A stretch of DNA of 64,000 nt from Octopus sinensis (Eukaryota). The stretch is from the NCBI RefSeq assembly GCF_006345805.1, contig NC_043000.1, forward strand, positions 36,456,001-36,520,000, read 5' to 3'. The position numbers and the translations under genes are program-made. Under the pieces are notes generated by a model. The model had not been told where the DNA came from. It saw nothing but the letters and a program-made list of their open reading frames with translations, and ran no database searches. Shown piece by piece: positions 26,690 to 39,454 of the stretch; positions within the stretch are counted from its first letter, which is position 1; the number at the start of each line of letters is the position of its first letter.

Positions 26690-29420
26690 TTGACTCAAGA
26701 TTGAACCCTTGCCAAGTAAAACTCCACCTCATAAACCTCTGATTGTTGTTCTTCATTTTGTGAAGAAAAATCAATGGATTGTGGTCAGTAAAGACTTCAG
26801 TTGGACAAGTAGCGGTACGAAGAGACACTTCAAGATGTTGCTAAGCTAACAAAAGACTTAATGTCTCTTTCTCAACGGTAGAATAATCCCTCTGGTGCTT
26901 GTCAAGCTTCTTGGAAAAATAACAAATTGGATGATCAATTCCTGATTCATCTTCTTGAATCAGGTCAGCACCTGCACCTACATCGCAAATGGTTTCTCAA
27001 AATTTAGTGCCTGCAATATTGGAGAATTCCTGAGAATGGTTTGGTTCTTTCAAATTCAGCCTGACAACTGCTATCCCACTGAAATTTTACCCTTTTGTCC
27101 AAACGTTTGGTAAGTAGCGATATCACATCAGAGTGATAACTCGAGTGAAAGGTTCGCCAAAAGCCGGTATAGGTATCAATGAGGCGGGAGAAATTTTCAG
27201 ATTTGTGTTTCCAACAATTTCACATGCATGGCAGGTTTTACAAAATTCCGCCATTTCTAGTCTCAAACTAGGCCAAAAGAAATGTGCCAAATTTTCTCAT
27301 CAGTTTTAAATGACCTACCATGGGACTTTCATGTGTCAATGAAAGTAGATGATTTCGTAACAATTTTGGCAACACAATTTGATGATACAGTTTCCATTCA
27401 TCCTTCGTAGGAATGTCCGGCGGCCTGTATTTCCTCATCAGAACACCACCCTTAAAGTAAAAACAAACTGGAACCTCCTCAAAAGAAACAGCCTTATTAG
27501 CTAACTTCTGCAACTCAACATCCTCGCCTTGTGCATTAATAAACTGTCCTCTAGAAAGAATGCAATCACCACCTGATACATCATCAGACTTATCAAGAAG
27601 ACCTGAAGAGTTACCACCCTTTGAAGACAAGTCGACAGCCTCTACCTTACAAAAAGAATCATCCATGAAAGTACCCGACAAATCACAAATGGAATCATTC
27701 GGCAGACTAGGAAGAAATGTCTTTTGACATCGAACGAGTCCCTACTCAAGAAGAAAATGTCCTGAGAAAACAGCCTCCAACTTTTCTGTATTAACTGAAA
27801 TCTCTGGAGAAACAGTGACAATAGGATCAGCACCTACTTGGACCCCATAAGATCATTTCCGATCAACAAATCAACACCCAGAACTGGGAGAGAGTCAAGA
27901 ACACCAACTTTCACATCACCAGGAATCAGATCTGAAGTTAAATTCACAAAATGGAGAGGAGAAAATTACCACTTATACTTTGAATGAAAACATCTGAGTT
28001 CGCTAAAGATTCATCAGAAAATGACAAAATATCCTTCGAAATCAGAAACTGAAGAGCTCCATTATCCTTCAAAATAATAACGCACCGTGGAGTAGCCTTA
28101 TCTTCCATAAGCGACAAAGAACCTTTTGTAAGCAAAGGGCAAAAACGCCTTCTGAACTATGGAATCTAGGGGCTTACTCTCACAAACAAAACTCTTCTCA
28201 GAACCATCCGAAAAGAAAGGCTTAAGTGCGACAGATAGAAAAGCATTTGGGGAACATGTGGACTGATTTTTATGCTTAAGTTTGAAACATGCAGAAATCA
28301 AATGACCCGGCCTCTTACAATATGCATAGACAGGACCAGAACAAGTGGGAGTCATAGAATTAGACTTAGCTGGATGTGACTGCTTGTCTGAAGTATTTGA
28401 ACTCGTTCTATCACCATTGGAACCTGCATGACCTGAACTCCTACCCGAAGAAAAACCATTTGGACCAGAATACGACGACCTCGGAGACCAAAAGAATTTT
28501 TGTGAGTCAAGTAGTAATCACCTGGGAACATAGCTGCATTATGTAAAAGATCAACCTTTCGTTCATCCAAATAAATCTTGAGATCAGAATGAACACTGTT
28601 TGAAATCCTCCATCAAAAATGCCTCAAGCTATCGAAATTTGTGACTTCCTAAGAACTATACCACCTATCAAACAAAGCTTCCTTCTCTCTAGCAAACTAC
28701 AAAAGTCTCGTTGTCCTGTTTATGAGCATTTCTGAATTTCTGTCGATAAGCTTCGGGCACTCATAAGCTTTTAGAAGAGTCCTCTCAACCAGATCATAAC
28801 CTGAACATTGCCCTACAGATAAGGCCAAAAATCTTCCTGAGCTTTACCTTTCAAAACAGTTTGCAGTATCATAGTCCATGACTATTTAGGCCTTTTGAGG
28901 TTTTCAGGAACTTTTTGAAACCATAGAAACTACTTATCCACTACTTTTCCATTGAAATGACAAAGCAGTCGAGTATGTCTTGCAATTTCGAAAGAGGAAG
29001 GATGTGGGGATGGAAAAGATTTTTCTAGCTCTTTAAGCTAATTTTCCTTTTCAAATTTGATTTTTGCTTTTCATTTTGTGAATCCAAAGATTGTGGTCAG
29101 TAAAGACTTCAATTGGAGAAGTGGTGGTACCAAGATACACTTCAAAATGTTGCCAAGCTAACAACTTGAACTTTAAGCCTTTTCATTTCCAGCTGGTCTG
29201 AAGTTTCTTCTTTTATCTTTTCCAAAACATCACGTCCGAAAACTCCCTCATCAAGGAAGTGATTTAAAACGATTTTCAAAATCTGACATTTCCTCATCGC
29301 AGTTTTGGCCTCAAGTTTGAAATGTACAGAAATTTCAATAAATCTGATTTGCGCAAGGCACTGACTGTCTCAGGGGTAGAGGACTCTAGTTGAAACGCCA
29401 TATTTGCTGGTTTCACAATT
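26690..29420 (-). mobile_element. Ty3/Gypsy LTR retrotransposon relic, Gmr1-like (gag-PR-INT-[RT deleted]-RH)
   Basis: gag WTMILQTVLKGKAQE...PEAYRQKFRN and CCHC-like YCKRPGHLISAC; protease ILKDNGA; integrase H..GH..FFWP..CKTCHAC; RNase H HPICYFSKKL..YSTVEKE..FTDHNPL. No LTRs were seen. Confidence 0.9.
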
Positions 29421-29644
29421 AACTTGTTTGCCAAAAGAAAAATGCAGAAATAGATTCTTTTTTCAGAATTATATATATATATATATATATATGTAAATAT
29501 AAGAGAGTGACCACTATGTGGTCGACTCTAGCACTAAAAATAGATCCGCTACGGTTTAGCCACGAATAATTGTTTCCGATGAAAGTTGGCACAACCATTA
29601 GCGTAAACAAGTAGGGCAAATAAAAGATAACAAAAATGCAGATT

Positions 29645-29723
29645 AATTCAGGACAATTGTTTCGCTATTAATAAATTATGTAATTTTACTCACATAACAT
29701 ATCTGTAGCTCCTCGGCTGAATT
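29645..29723 (-). ncRNA. Type I hammerhead ribozyme motif (mirror copy, U4C)
   Basis: Reverse complement of 29852-29930. Confidence 0.65.
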
Positions 29724-29851
29724 TGTCTAGAATACAATTTACTCAACCAAATGCCAGATTTTACCATAATGATAAACACACATGTGGTTCAGTCGGTGTT
29801 TATCGTTATGGCAAAATCTGGCATGCGGTTGAGTAAATTGTATTCTAGACA

Positions 29852-29930
29852 AATTCAGCCGAGGAGCTACAGATATGTTATGTGAGTAAAATTACATAAT
29901 TTATTAATAGCGAAACAATTGTCCTGAATT
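29852..29930 (+). ncRNA. Type I hammerhead ribozyme motif (U4C)
   Basis: AATTCAG-CCGAGGA-GCTA..TAGC-GAAA-CAATTG-TC-CTGAATT: 7-bp stem I, stem II with an internal hairpin, palindromic stem III and a GUC site. Confidence 0.65.
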
Positions 29931-30373
29931 AATCTGCATTTTTGTTATCTTTTATTTGCCCTACTTGTTTACGCTAATGGATGTGCTAACTTTCATCGGA
30001 AACAATTCTTCGTGGCTAAACCGTAGCGGATCTATTTTTAGTGCTAGAGTCGACCACATAGTGGTCACTCTCTTATATTTACATATAAAATTTATTGTAT
30101 TCCCGGTTTTTATGCACTAAGCCACTTGGTGTTAAATTGATGGTACTATTAAATTAGTATCCAATTTTCTCACCCTTATTAGTTGATTAAATAAATATAT
30201 ATAAAATGTTGTATGTATATGTGTTCGTACAACTGTGCGTTTTTTTGTGTGTGGTGCATAGCACAATTACACACAGACGTTCAGAATTACTTATATGCAA
30301 AGTGTGAACACCAATCTACGGAGATAGACACAAGCGTATATCCGTATACATATATGTATATATAAATATTTAT

Positions 30374-30733
30374 ACTCCGTCGGTTGCGACAACGAGGGTT
30401 CCAGTTGATCCGATCAACGGAACAGCCAGTTCGTAAAATTAACGTGCAAGTGGCTGAACAGTCCACAGACACGTGTACCCTTAACATAGTTCTCGGGCAG
30501 ATCCAGTGTGACAAGGCTGGCCCTTTTGAAATACAGGTACAACAGAAACAGGTAAAAAGAGTGAAATTTGTGGTGAAAGAGTACAGTAGGGTTCGTCACC
30601 ACCTCCTGCTGGAACATCGTGGAGCTTCAGGAGTTTTCGCTCAATAAACACACACAACGCCCGGTCTAGGAATCGACACCGCGATCCTACGACCGCGAGT
30701 CCGCAGCCATAACCACTGGGTCATTGCGCCTCA
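30374..30733 (-). mobile_element. SINE family C (tRNA-derived)
   Basis: Homologous to 56536-56917, with A-box and B-box-like motifs. Confidence 0.9.
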
Positions 30734-31386
30734 ACATATGTCTGCTATAACTTACCACATTGTTATGTAAATATTTCCATGCTCAAACATTCGTACGCGT
30801 AAAAGCATAACACAAATACACCTAGTCATGTGCACACCAATACACACACACAAATACACACGCACATTTACAGAGATATATTTATATGTATTTACATGTG
30901 AAGATGTCCAAGTTCTAAAATATGGAACAAAAATAAAAGAACGAGTGTTTATAACTTAGAGATTGCAGCTACAGACGCACAGCCAGTGGGGATCGTAAAA
31001 CATATAAAAATGTTATATATTACAAAGTTATCAGGAATTATATTTTTTAAAGGAAATAAAATTACCAGAGGAGAAGAAAAAAATTATGAGAATTATTAGA
31101 TTGTCGCCGAAACGATGCAAAGGAAACAAATGATATTAGACTTTAGGGAAAACAGGTGTTTTAGAAAAACAGGAATATGAGAAATGGTTTGAAGAACTAA
31201 AACAACAAACATTTGAATTATGAGTGAATAGGACGAAAATGGAAATTTGTTTGTCAAGAAAAAATTAAGCGAGAATCGTTTTATTGAGTTCGGATATTAA
31301 ATACACACACAACAAACAGGCAAACCGATGGCAGGCCAAAAAATATTCAAAAAATATTCAAAATAGCTAACGCTTAGAGGCAATTA

Positions 31387-31607
<221 letters not shown>

Positions 31608-32034
31608 AGGTTACTTAATCTAGCAGGTGGTAAATAGACTGAAATCAAATATCTCGATGCGTGTCTCCAAGAATTTAAGTATTTATCACTATGGTTCAGA
31701 ACAAATTTATTTTGAAAGAGGGTAAATATTTTGTCACTCAGAGACTGTGGAATATTCAAAGAGTTAAATTCGGGGCTGTTTTGCAAGGATTATAAAATTC
31801 TACCATAGATAGGTGTATGTCCAATAGAATTGAGCTGCGTTTCTTCAAACAACAAAATGCATAGACAAATTTGTGAACGTCTTTCGACCATAACACGTGA
31901 AACACTTCTTTTGTAGGCAGAAACTTGTCTTAAACCTATCTCACGTTAGCCCAGTACATGGATTCGGTTTGGCGAATGGTGTCAATCTGCACAATCGTGC
32001 TGTATATGTACGTGTGCATACGTGTGTATGTGTG

Positions 32035-32104
<70 letters not shown>

Positions 32105-32252
32105 GTGTGTGTATGCGCGTACAGGTAAACGTGTCTGTGATTGTGTGTTTCTATATGTATATGTGTGTTACTTTTAACCGGCTGAATTTACAAAGTGACT
32201 CAAGGGCCGAGAGCTACGTCTATGGCATTGAACAAACACAAGTTTGATAAGT

Positions 32253-32256
<4 letters not shown>

Positions 32257-32309
<53 letters not shown>

Positions 32310-33177
32310 GCATACATACATATCGACACACATACACACACACGCTTGTACATTTATGCATACAGAGAATGTATAGAAATCCCCAATTATATGTGTGTGT
32401 GTGAGTTCACGTGTCCAAGTTGTTAGGATGTTCAGTACATGACATCAAGAGATGAATTCAATTTCCCGAGGGATCAGTGGATTGTGTTATGAAGAAAATC
32501 CCTTCCCATCCGTTCATATGTAATGCATCCAAGTCGACTGGTGATATAGCCTTCCCTCCCTCCACCTCCACAGATATGCAATTGGATGACAGCGGAGGGG
32601 CCTGAGTGGGCATCGATGTTTGCTCGCATTCTCAGAGGGACTTATAAATATTTTGTGAGACTTTTTCGTGAATTACGGTTGGCTGTACTTTACACAGGTA
32701 CGCGCATTATATTTCTGTGCACACACACACGCACATACACACGCACACACACACGCACATACTTGACAATTTATGCACCACATTGCAGAAATCACAATGT
32801 AAGTGTATGTGAAAGCAAACTGTTACACTGTTGTACCATTGAATTACAAATAATGCCCAACTTTTATGCTCGGGTAACCCTACAGCTTCCAAGAGCACAA
32901 CTATATTGGTTTTTGCTTAGATAAAATGACAAGATTGTGGGTGTTAAGTCCCCATGGAGGGGTCTTTCTAACTTGTAAGAAGATGAAATTTTATAAATAT
33001 TACTTCATTTCTGTCTAATATCTATGGTTAGATATATATGAATTGTCATGGGGGTTATGGCCCTTATGCATAGAATATAATTTCCAAATTTCATAAAGAT
33101 CCATTCAGAAACTTTGACCTAGTTTTTGATCATAAAAGAAATTACTAAAATTCGGAGTTAAGGCTCCCATTAGGGTG

Positions 33178-33241
<64 letters not shown>

Positions 33242-33250
33242 TTATCTACC

Positions 33251-33328
<78 letters not shown>

Positions 33329-34220
33329 GCATACATACATATCGACACACATACACACACACGCTTGTACATTTATGCATACAGAGAATGTATAGAAATC
33401 CCCAATTATATGTGTGTGTGTGAGTTCACGTGTCCAAGTTGTTAGGATGTTCAGTACATGACATCAAGAGATGAATTCAATTTCCCGAGGATCAGTGGAT
33501 TGTGTTATGAAGAAAATCCCTTCCCATCCGTTCATATGTAATGCATCCAAGTCGACTGGTGATATAGCCTTCCCTCCCTCCACCTCCACAGATATGCAAT
33601 TGGATGACAGCGGAGGGGCCTGAGTGGGCATCGATGTTTGCTCGCATTCTCAGAGGGACTTATAAATATTTTGTGAGACTTTTTCGTGAATTACGGTTGG
33701 CTGTACTTTACACAGGTACGCGCATTATATTTCTGTGCACACACACACGCACATACACACGCACACACACACGCACATACACACGCACACACACACGCAC
33801 ATACTTGACAATTTATGCACCACATTGCAGAAATCACAATGTAAGTGTATGTGAAAGCAAACTGTTACACTGTTGTACCATTGAATTACAAATAATGCCC
33901 AACTTTTATGCTCGGGTAACCCTACAGCTTCCAAGAGCACAACTATATTGGTTTTTGCTTAGATAAAATGACAAGATTGTGGGTGTTAAGTCCCCATGGA
34001 GGGGTCTTTCTAACTTGTAAGAAGATGAAATTTTATAAATATTACTTCATTTCTGTCTAATATCTATGGTTAGATATATATGAATTGTCATGGGGGTTAT
34101 GGCCCTTATGCATAGAATATAATTTCCAAATTTCATAAAGATCCATTCAGAAACTTTGACCTAGTTTTTGATCATAAAAGAAATTACTAAAATTTCGGAG
34201 TTAAGGCTCCCATTAGGGTG

Positions 34221-34284
<64 letters not shown>

Positions 34285-34291
34285 TTATCTA

Positions 34292-34375
<84 letters not shown>
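32257..34375. repeat. ~1.02-kb tandem duplication (2 copies) bounded by (TA)n
   Basis: 32307-33270 is nearly identical to 33326-34310. Confidence 0.95.
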
Positions 34376-34632
34376 TGATAGATACAACTGAGTGGGCAAA
34401 CAAAACTATGAGACACAGCCTAGTGTTTTTTTATGTTGATAAGCCTGGTACTTATTCTATTAGTTTGTTCTTGTGAAACTAGTAAGTTATGTGGATGTAA
34501 ATAAATGAACAGCAGTTGTGAAGCAGTGATGAGGGCGAAATACAGAGATAAAGACACACACATACACTTACATATATACATACATATATATACGATTGAT
34601 TTGTTTCAGTTCCTGTGGCGAAATCCACATAT

Positions 34633-35845
34633 ATTGTTGTTGGCATCCTTTTTGTCTCGGCAGACAAAGGAGTTGTGCATAAAATAATCTAGTCCGGCTT
34701 TTACATTTCATGTTCTAATACATCTCCTGCTGTGGCTGTGTAGTCCTATCCTGGACAAACACTCCCTCTGGCAGTTGCCGCAAATGTAGCGAAGACTTTG
34801 CCTGGCTGGTTGTAATGTCATACTTTCTGGTTGACGTCTTTTCTTGTCTTTCCATTTATCCTCTCCCTCTATGTCACTCCTTTGTGTTCCCTCTTTTACG
34901 GTACTTTGCCAATCTCCACGGTTGATGGCAACTGCTTCCCAGTTGGTAATATTGATGTTGCAGGCATGTCCCTTTTGCAAACATCCTTGTATCGTAAGAA
35001 CGGTCTTCCCACAGACCTAGTGCCCCTAGCAAGCTCTCCGTTGAGTATGTCCTTGGGGATTCAGCCATCTTCCATACTGCTAAGATGTCCAAGCCATCTC
35101 ATACGTCTTTGTGTGAGGAGTGCAAATATGCATGGTATTCCTGCTTGCTTGAGGACATCTTTGTTGGGGACATGATTCTGCCATTTGATGCGAAGGATTT
35201 TCTGGAGGCAGCGCAGGTGAAAGATATTTAGGTGACGCTCTTGGCGTGTGTATGGCGTCCAAGTTTCACTTCCATACAGTATAGTGCTAAGTACACATGC
35301 CTGGTAAATCTTCATTTTTGTGGTCTTGGTCAGCTTATTGTTGTTCCATGCCCGTTTAGAGAGTTGAGCCATCACAGCAGTTGCCTTGCCAATGCGTATA
35401 TTGAGCTCAGCATCAAGGAATAGGTTGTAGGTACCGGTAGAGCCAATATAGGTAAACTTCTCCACCTCCTGTAGCCTGTGGTCTCCAATATGTATGTTTG
35501 GGATGTCCGATGTAGCCTGACCCATGATGCTGGTCTTCTTGAGGCTGATAACTAAGCCAAAGTTGCCACATGCTTGCTCAAAACAGTTGTTGAGCCTTTG
35601 TAGGGCTTCTTCTGTATGTGATACCAGAGCGGCATCATCGGCAAATAGCATCTCCTTGGTCAGGACGCTTCTGATTTTGGACTTGGCAAACAGACGCGAG
35701 AGATTGAACAGTTTCCCATCACTTCTTCCGTGCAGAAACACTCCATCATCTGATGTCTCAAAGGCATGTGACAGCAGCAGCGAGAAGAAGATGCCAAATA
35801 ATGTAGGAGCAAGGACACAACCTTGCTTTAGCCCATTTTTGATAT
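34633..35845 (-). mobile_element. RTE-clade LINE, 5'-truncated (RT C-terminal half, C2H2 finger, 3' UTR)
   Basis: KQGCVLAPTLFGIFF, EMLFADDAAL, ILYGSETWT, RWLGHLS.MEDG, CGNC..HSHSRRC. The 3' UTR has a stem-loop (CCTTTGTCT..AGACAAAAAGG) and an (ACA)n tail. Confidence 0.95.
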
Positions 35846-36736
35846 TGATACTGCTTCTGTAGATATTAATTATAGATATATATTTTCCCTCATATGTCTA
35901 TATAATAATTCTAGCTGCTTTAAAATATCGATTTATTTCTACGATTCCTTATTAAAATTTGTCACCAAAATTCTACATGTAACTCACCAAATCTGCAACC
36001 GTGACTTTCGAAGAATCGAGTCTGTTTATGATCCTAAACAGACTTTTTGTCGAGTACTAATCTCTGAGAGGCTATAGTCTTTCAGGAGCGATCGTGTATC
36101 GACTCAAGAATTATTAGGCTTCTGTGTAATTAATCTGTAGCCAAATCCCGGAAAATGTCGAAATTTAGAAAATGTAGACGAGTTTTCATGGACACCATCA
36201 CCAGGACGGTTATTCTCCATCAGCTCTGTCGAACTCATTTCTGGAGTGTACTAGGAGCCTGCCATGTGAAACCGGACATCTGTTGCGTTGCTCTGATGTT
36301 TGCTCCACCTAGCCTTGCATGATACAACATCAAAATAGCGGTGTTTCGATAATGTAAACACACACACGCACAAAAGATCAAAACATAAAAATAAAAAAAA
36401 TTTTTTAAAAACCGTGACCAAGCCCGCGGTTATGAACGCCTATCACAGTACTCGCGGTCGAAACTGCATTGACAAAAAGCAGGCTAATCGTCAGCATTAC
36501 CATTCTCTGATACTTTGTTCCTCATATTAGAAACACATTTTTATTTCAAGTTCTTTGCGTTATATGAAATATACGACGAAAATATCAGGATCTTGGTGGA
36601 AATGCTCTTGGTTCTTGCAAAGTAACCAGACACTTATAGAGAAAATTTGCAAAAAAACAAAACAAAACAAACACGAAGACGGGTGAGTAAACGACAAACA
36701 GATGTATTAGTTTAACGCTCGGGAAGTGAGAAAGTA

Positions 36737-36770
36737 TTTTACGTTTCGGGCCTACGCCCTTCGACAGAAA
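36737..36770 (-). ncRNA. Minimal hammerhead-like motif (A6U variant) in a PLE-like repeat
   Basis: TTT-CTGTCGA-A-GGGC-gtag-GCCC-GAAA-CG-TA-AAA. Confidence 0.45.
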
Positions 36771-36874
36771 GAAATGCGCGTCCCTTAAAACGATGCAGGT
36801 TTTTGTTTTATTTTGACAAAGAAGAAGTTAATAGTTGCAAAGATCAAGTTCATGCATGCTTGATTTATCCATCT

Positions 36875-37100
36875 GTACAATCTTCATTTTTCCCCAAGCT
36901 TAGACTGACACAGAAAAGGGACCACTTTGAGACAATTGAGGACATTCAAACTGTATACTCGGATGAATTAGGCGTGCTCCAGGAAAATACTTTCCACGGC
37001 ACGTTTGATGGAGACGAGCATTAACATGGCAGTGTTGGTGAGTACCTCCCTCCTCGGGGGAATCATTTCCAATGTGATGTTGCCGGAATGTAACTAATGA
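36875..37100 (+). mobile_element. mariner transposase C-terminal relic
   Basis: FPKLRLTQKRDHFETIEDIQ...LQENTFHGTFD. Confidence 0.65.
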
Positions 37101-38520
37101 TATACGAAATCTTTTATTTACTCGAGCACTGCTCTATGACTTAGGCTTGACTCACGGCCTTTGTGTGTATATAAATATGTATACGTGTCATCATCATCAT
37201 CATCATCCATGAGCGGGTGTGAATTTATGTGTGTATGTGTACATGTGTATAAAGAAATACCTCGTAAACATATGTATATTGGTACATATATGACTACATG
37301 CATACACACGCACACACATGCACATACATATAACACACACACATGCATATGTATATATATATATCTATACATATACATAAATTTATGCATAACTACATAT
37401 ATATATATAATCTCTAATATATTCATATATGCATATTCTGTGTGTGTGTGTTTGTGTGCATACACATGAATATATATGAGTACGCACACACACACACCAC
37501 ACACACACACACACACACTAACATATATACAATATAATTTTGAGATGAAAGCAAGCTGGTCATAAAACCGGCCTTCATGTGAAAAACCACTTAGTCGAAA
37601 ATATGAAGCCCTCCGTTAATGACAGTCTCTATTTATTTTGTTCTTGCGATGTATTTATATTATGATGGCATTTTCTTCTAATCGTTGAATTGTTGCTAGC
37701 GTTGAAGCGGAGAGCACGTAATAATTATTTGATACAAGTATTAAATCTCAGTTAAACGACCTTACTTCGTTTATGAAGGGTGCCGAGAGAAGTGTGCGAG
37801 AAACCAGCTTGAAGTATCGCTTCATTGGGAATATTCAGTCGAATGAGAATGAACGGCCACGGGGTTCAGAAATTTACTTCTCGATCAGACGGTTTTAAGT
37901 TTGAACCTAGTTCCCCAAGCATTTGTGAAAATATCTTCTGCCTGAGCTAAACCTTATCAGAGAAAACAGGTTTGTATAAAGCAGTGATCCTCAATAACAG
38001 GTCCCTATAAGATGTTGCTGTTAAAACTAATGTGCAAGGAATTGGGTTACACTGTTATAATATACAAGCGATTTCAATATTTTTTCATAAAATTCCTTAA
38101 TAAGAATTATATAATTATGATAAAATTTTCCCGAAGAAAGTAGGAATCAAAGAGGTTCATTGGCAAAAATGGCTGGCACTGAAGAATCCCATCTTTTAGA
38201 TTTGAGACTCTATAGCGTTCTTTAAAAGCAAAATATTAACGATACCTAGGTGAAAGATATACAAGATTTACTCAAGCAAGATTTGAACGCATAACGAGGA
38301 AAGATGAAATTAAATACGGCACATAGATGTGACATATCAATTTATGTAAATATGACAGCGCTGTTATACGTAGATGCGGTGTTCGAATCACGCAGAAGAT
38401 GTTACAATTTATGTTTATGTATTGCTTCTGATATAATTATATTTTCTGGTGTGAAATCTTCTGTTGAAATTAATATTATTATATTTCATGATGTTCGCGC
38501 GTGTGTTTATTTGGAAATAA

Positions 38521-38556
<36 letters not shown>

Positions 38557-38818
38557 AAATATAAAATGACCATTCCGAAATATAACGATAGATATTCGAA
38601 TTCTGTTCTCTCTTCTATATTAATCTCCCCTACTCACTCATACATAACTATTAATATTTTATATGAGGGTATGTATATATGCGCGCGCGCAAAACACACA
38701 TACGTGTATGTTTGCATGTGTGTGCGCGTATATATATGATGATGATTTCTGATGATTTCTTTTGAATGAAACAGTTCTAGTCCTGTAGAAGCTCCTTCTA
38801 TAAAATAAATAAATATAT

Positions 38819-38864
<46 letters not shown>

Positions 38865-38867
38865 ATA

Positions 38868-39075
38868 GGCGCAAGAGTAGTTGTGTGGTATGTAGCTTGC
38901 TAACCTACTGCCCTTGTGGCAAATTAAATAAAATTATATAGCTTGCTAACCAACCACATGGTTCCGGGTTCAGTCTACTGCGTGGCACCATGGGCGAGTG
39001 CCTTCTACTATAGCCTTGGGCCAACCAAAGCCTTGTGAGTCTATTTGACAAATGGAAACTGAAAGAAGCCCGTCG

Positions 39076-39110
<35 letters not shown>

Positions 39111-39320
39111 ATGTGTGTATATATGTATCCGTGTTTGTCCCACCACCATCGCTTGACAACTGCTGCTGGTGTGATTAGTCCCTGTATCTTAGCGGTGCGG
39201 TAAAAGAGACCTATGGAATAAGTACTAGGCTTATAAAGAGTAAGTCCTGGAGTCGATTTGCTCGACTAAAGGTGGTGCTCCAGCGGCCGCAGTCAAATGA
39301 CTGAAACAAGTAAAATAATA
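38868..39320 (+). mobile_element. SINE family A with a 33-bp micro-insertion
   Basis: Full family A copy; TAGCTTGCTAACC is duplicated around the insert. Confidence 0.9.
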
Positions 39321-39420
39321 AAGGAATATAGCTGAAATTTACAGCAAAACAAAAGGCGAAGATAGGTGTATAACCAAAAAGCAGGTATAATAGTTTGACG
39401 CTCGGGAAGGTGAGAAAGTC

Positions 39421-39454
39421 TTTTACGTTTCAGGCATACGCCCTTCAACAGAAA
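39421..39454 (-). ncRNA. Minimal hammerhead-like motif (A6U variant)
   Basis: TTT-CTGTTGA-A-GGGC-gtat-GCCT-GAAA-CG-TA-AAA; same repeat family as 36737 and 60110. Confidence 0.45.

Larger units (their letters stand above)
29488..30195. mobile_element. Penelope-type inverted pseudo-LTR pair (292-bp arms, 16-nt spacer, 3' extension)
   Basis: 29488-29779 is the near-perfect reverse complement of 29796-30087. Each arm carries hammerhead motifs, and the right arm continues ~110 bp. Confidence 0.75.

Noticed and set aside
32586-33966. Twin 112/120-aa ORFs (MTAEGPEW...)
   Set aside because: Similar only because of the tandem duplication; they include a CA microsatellite and show no recognisable domain.
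36180-36530. Possible mariner N-terminal fragment on minus
   Set aside because: Too degenerate to support by eye.
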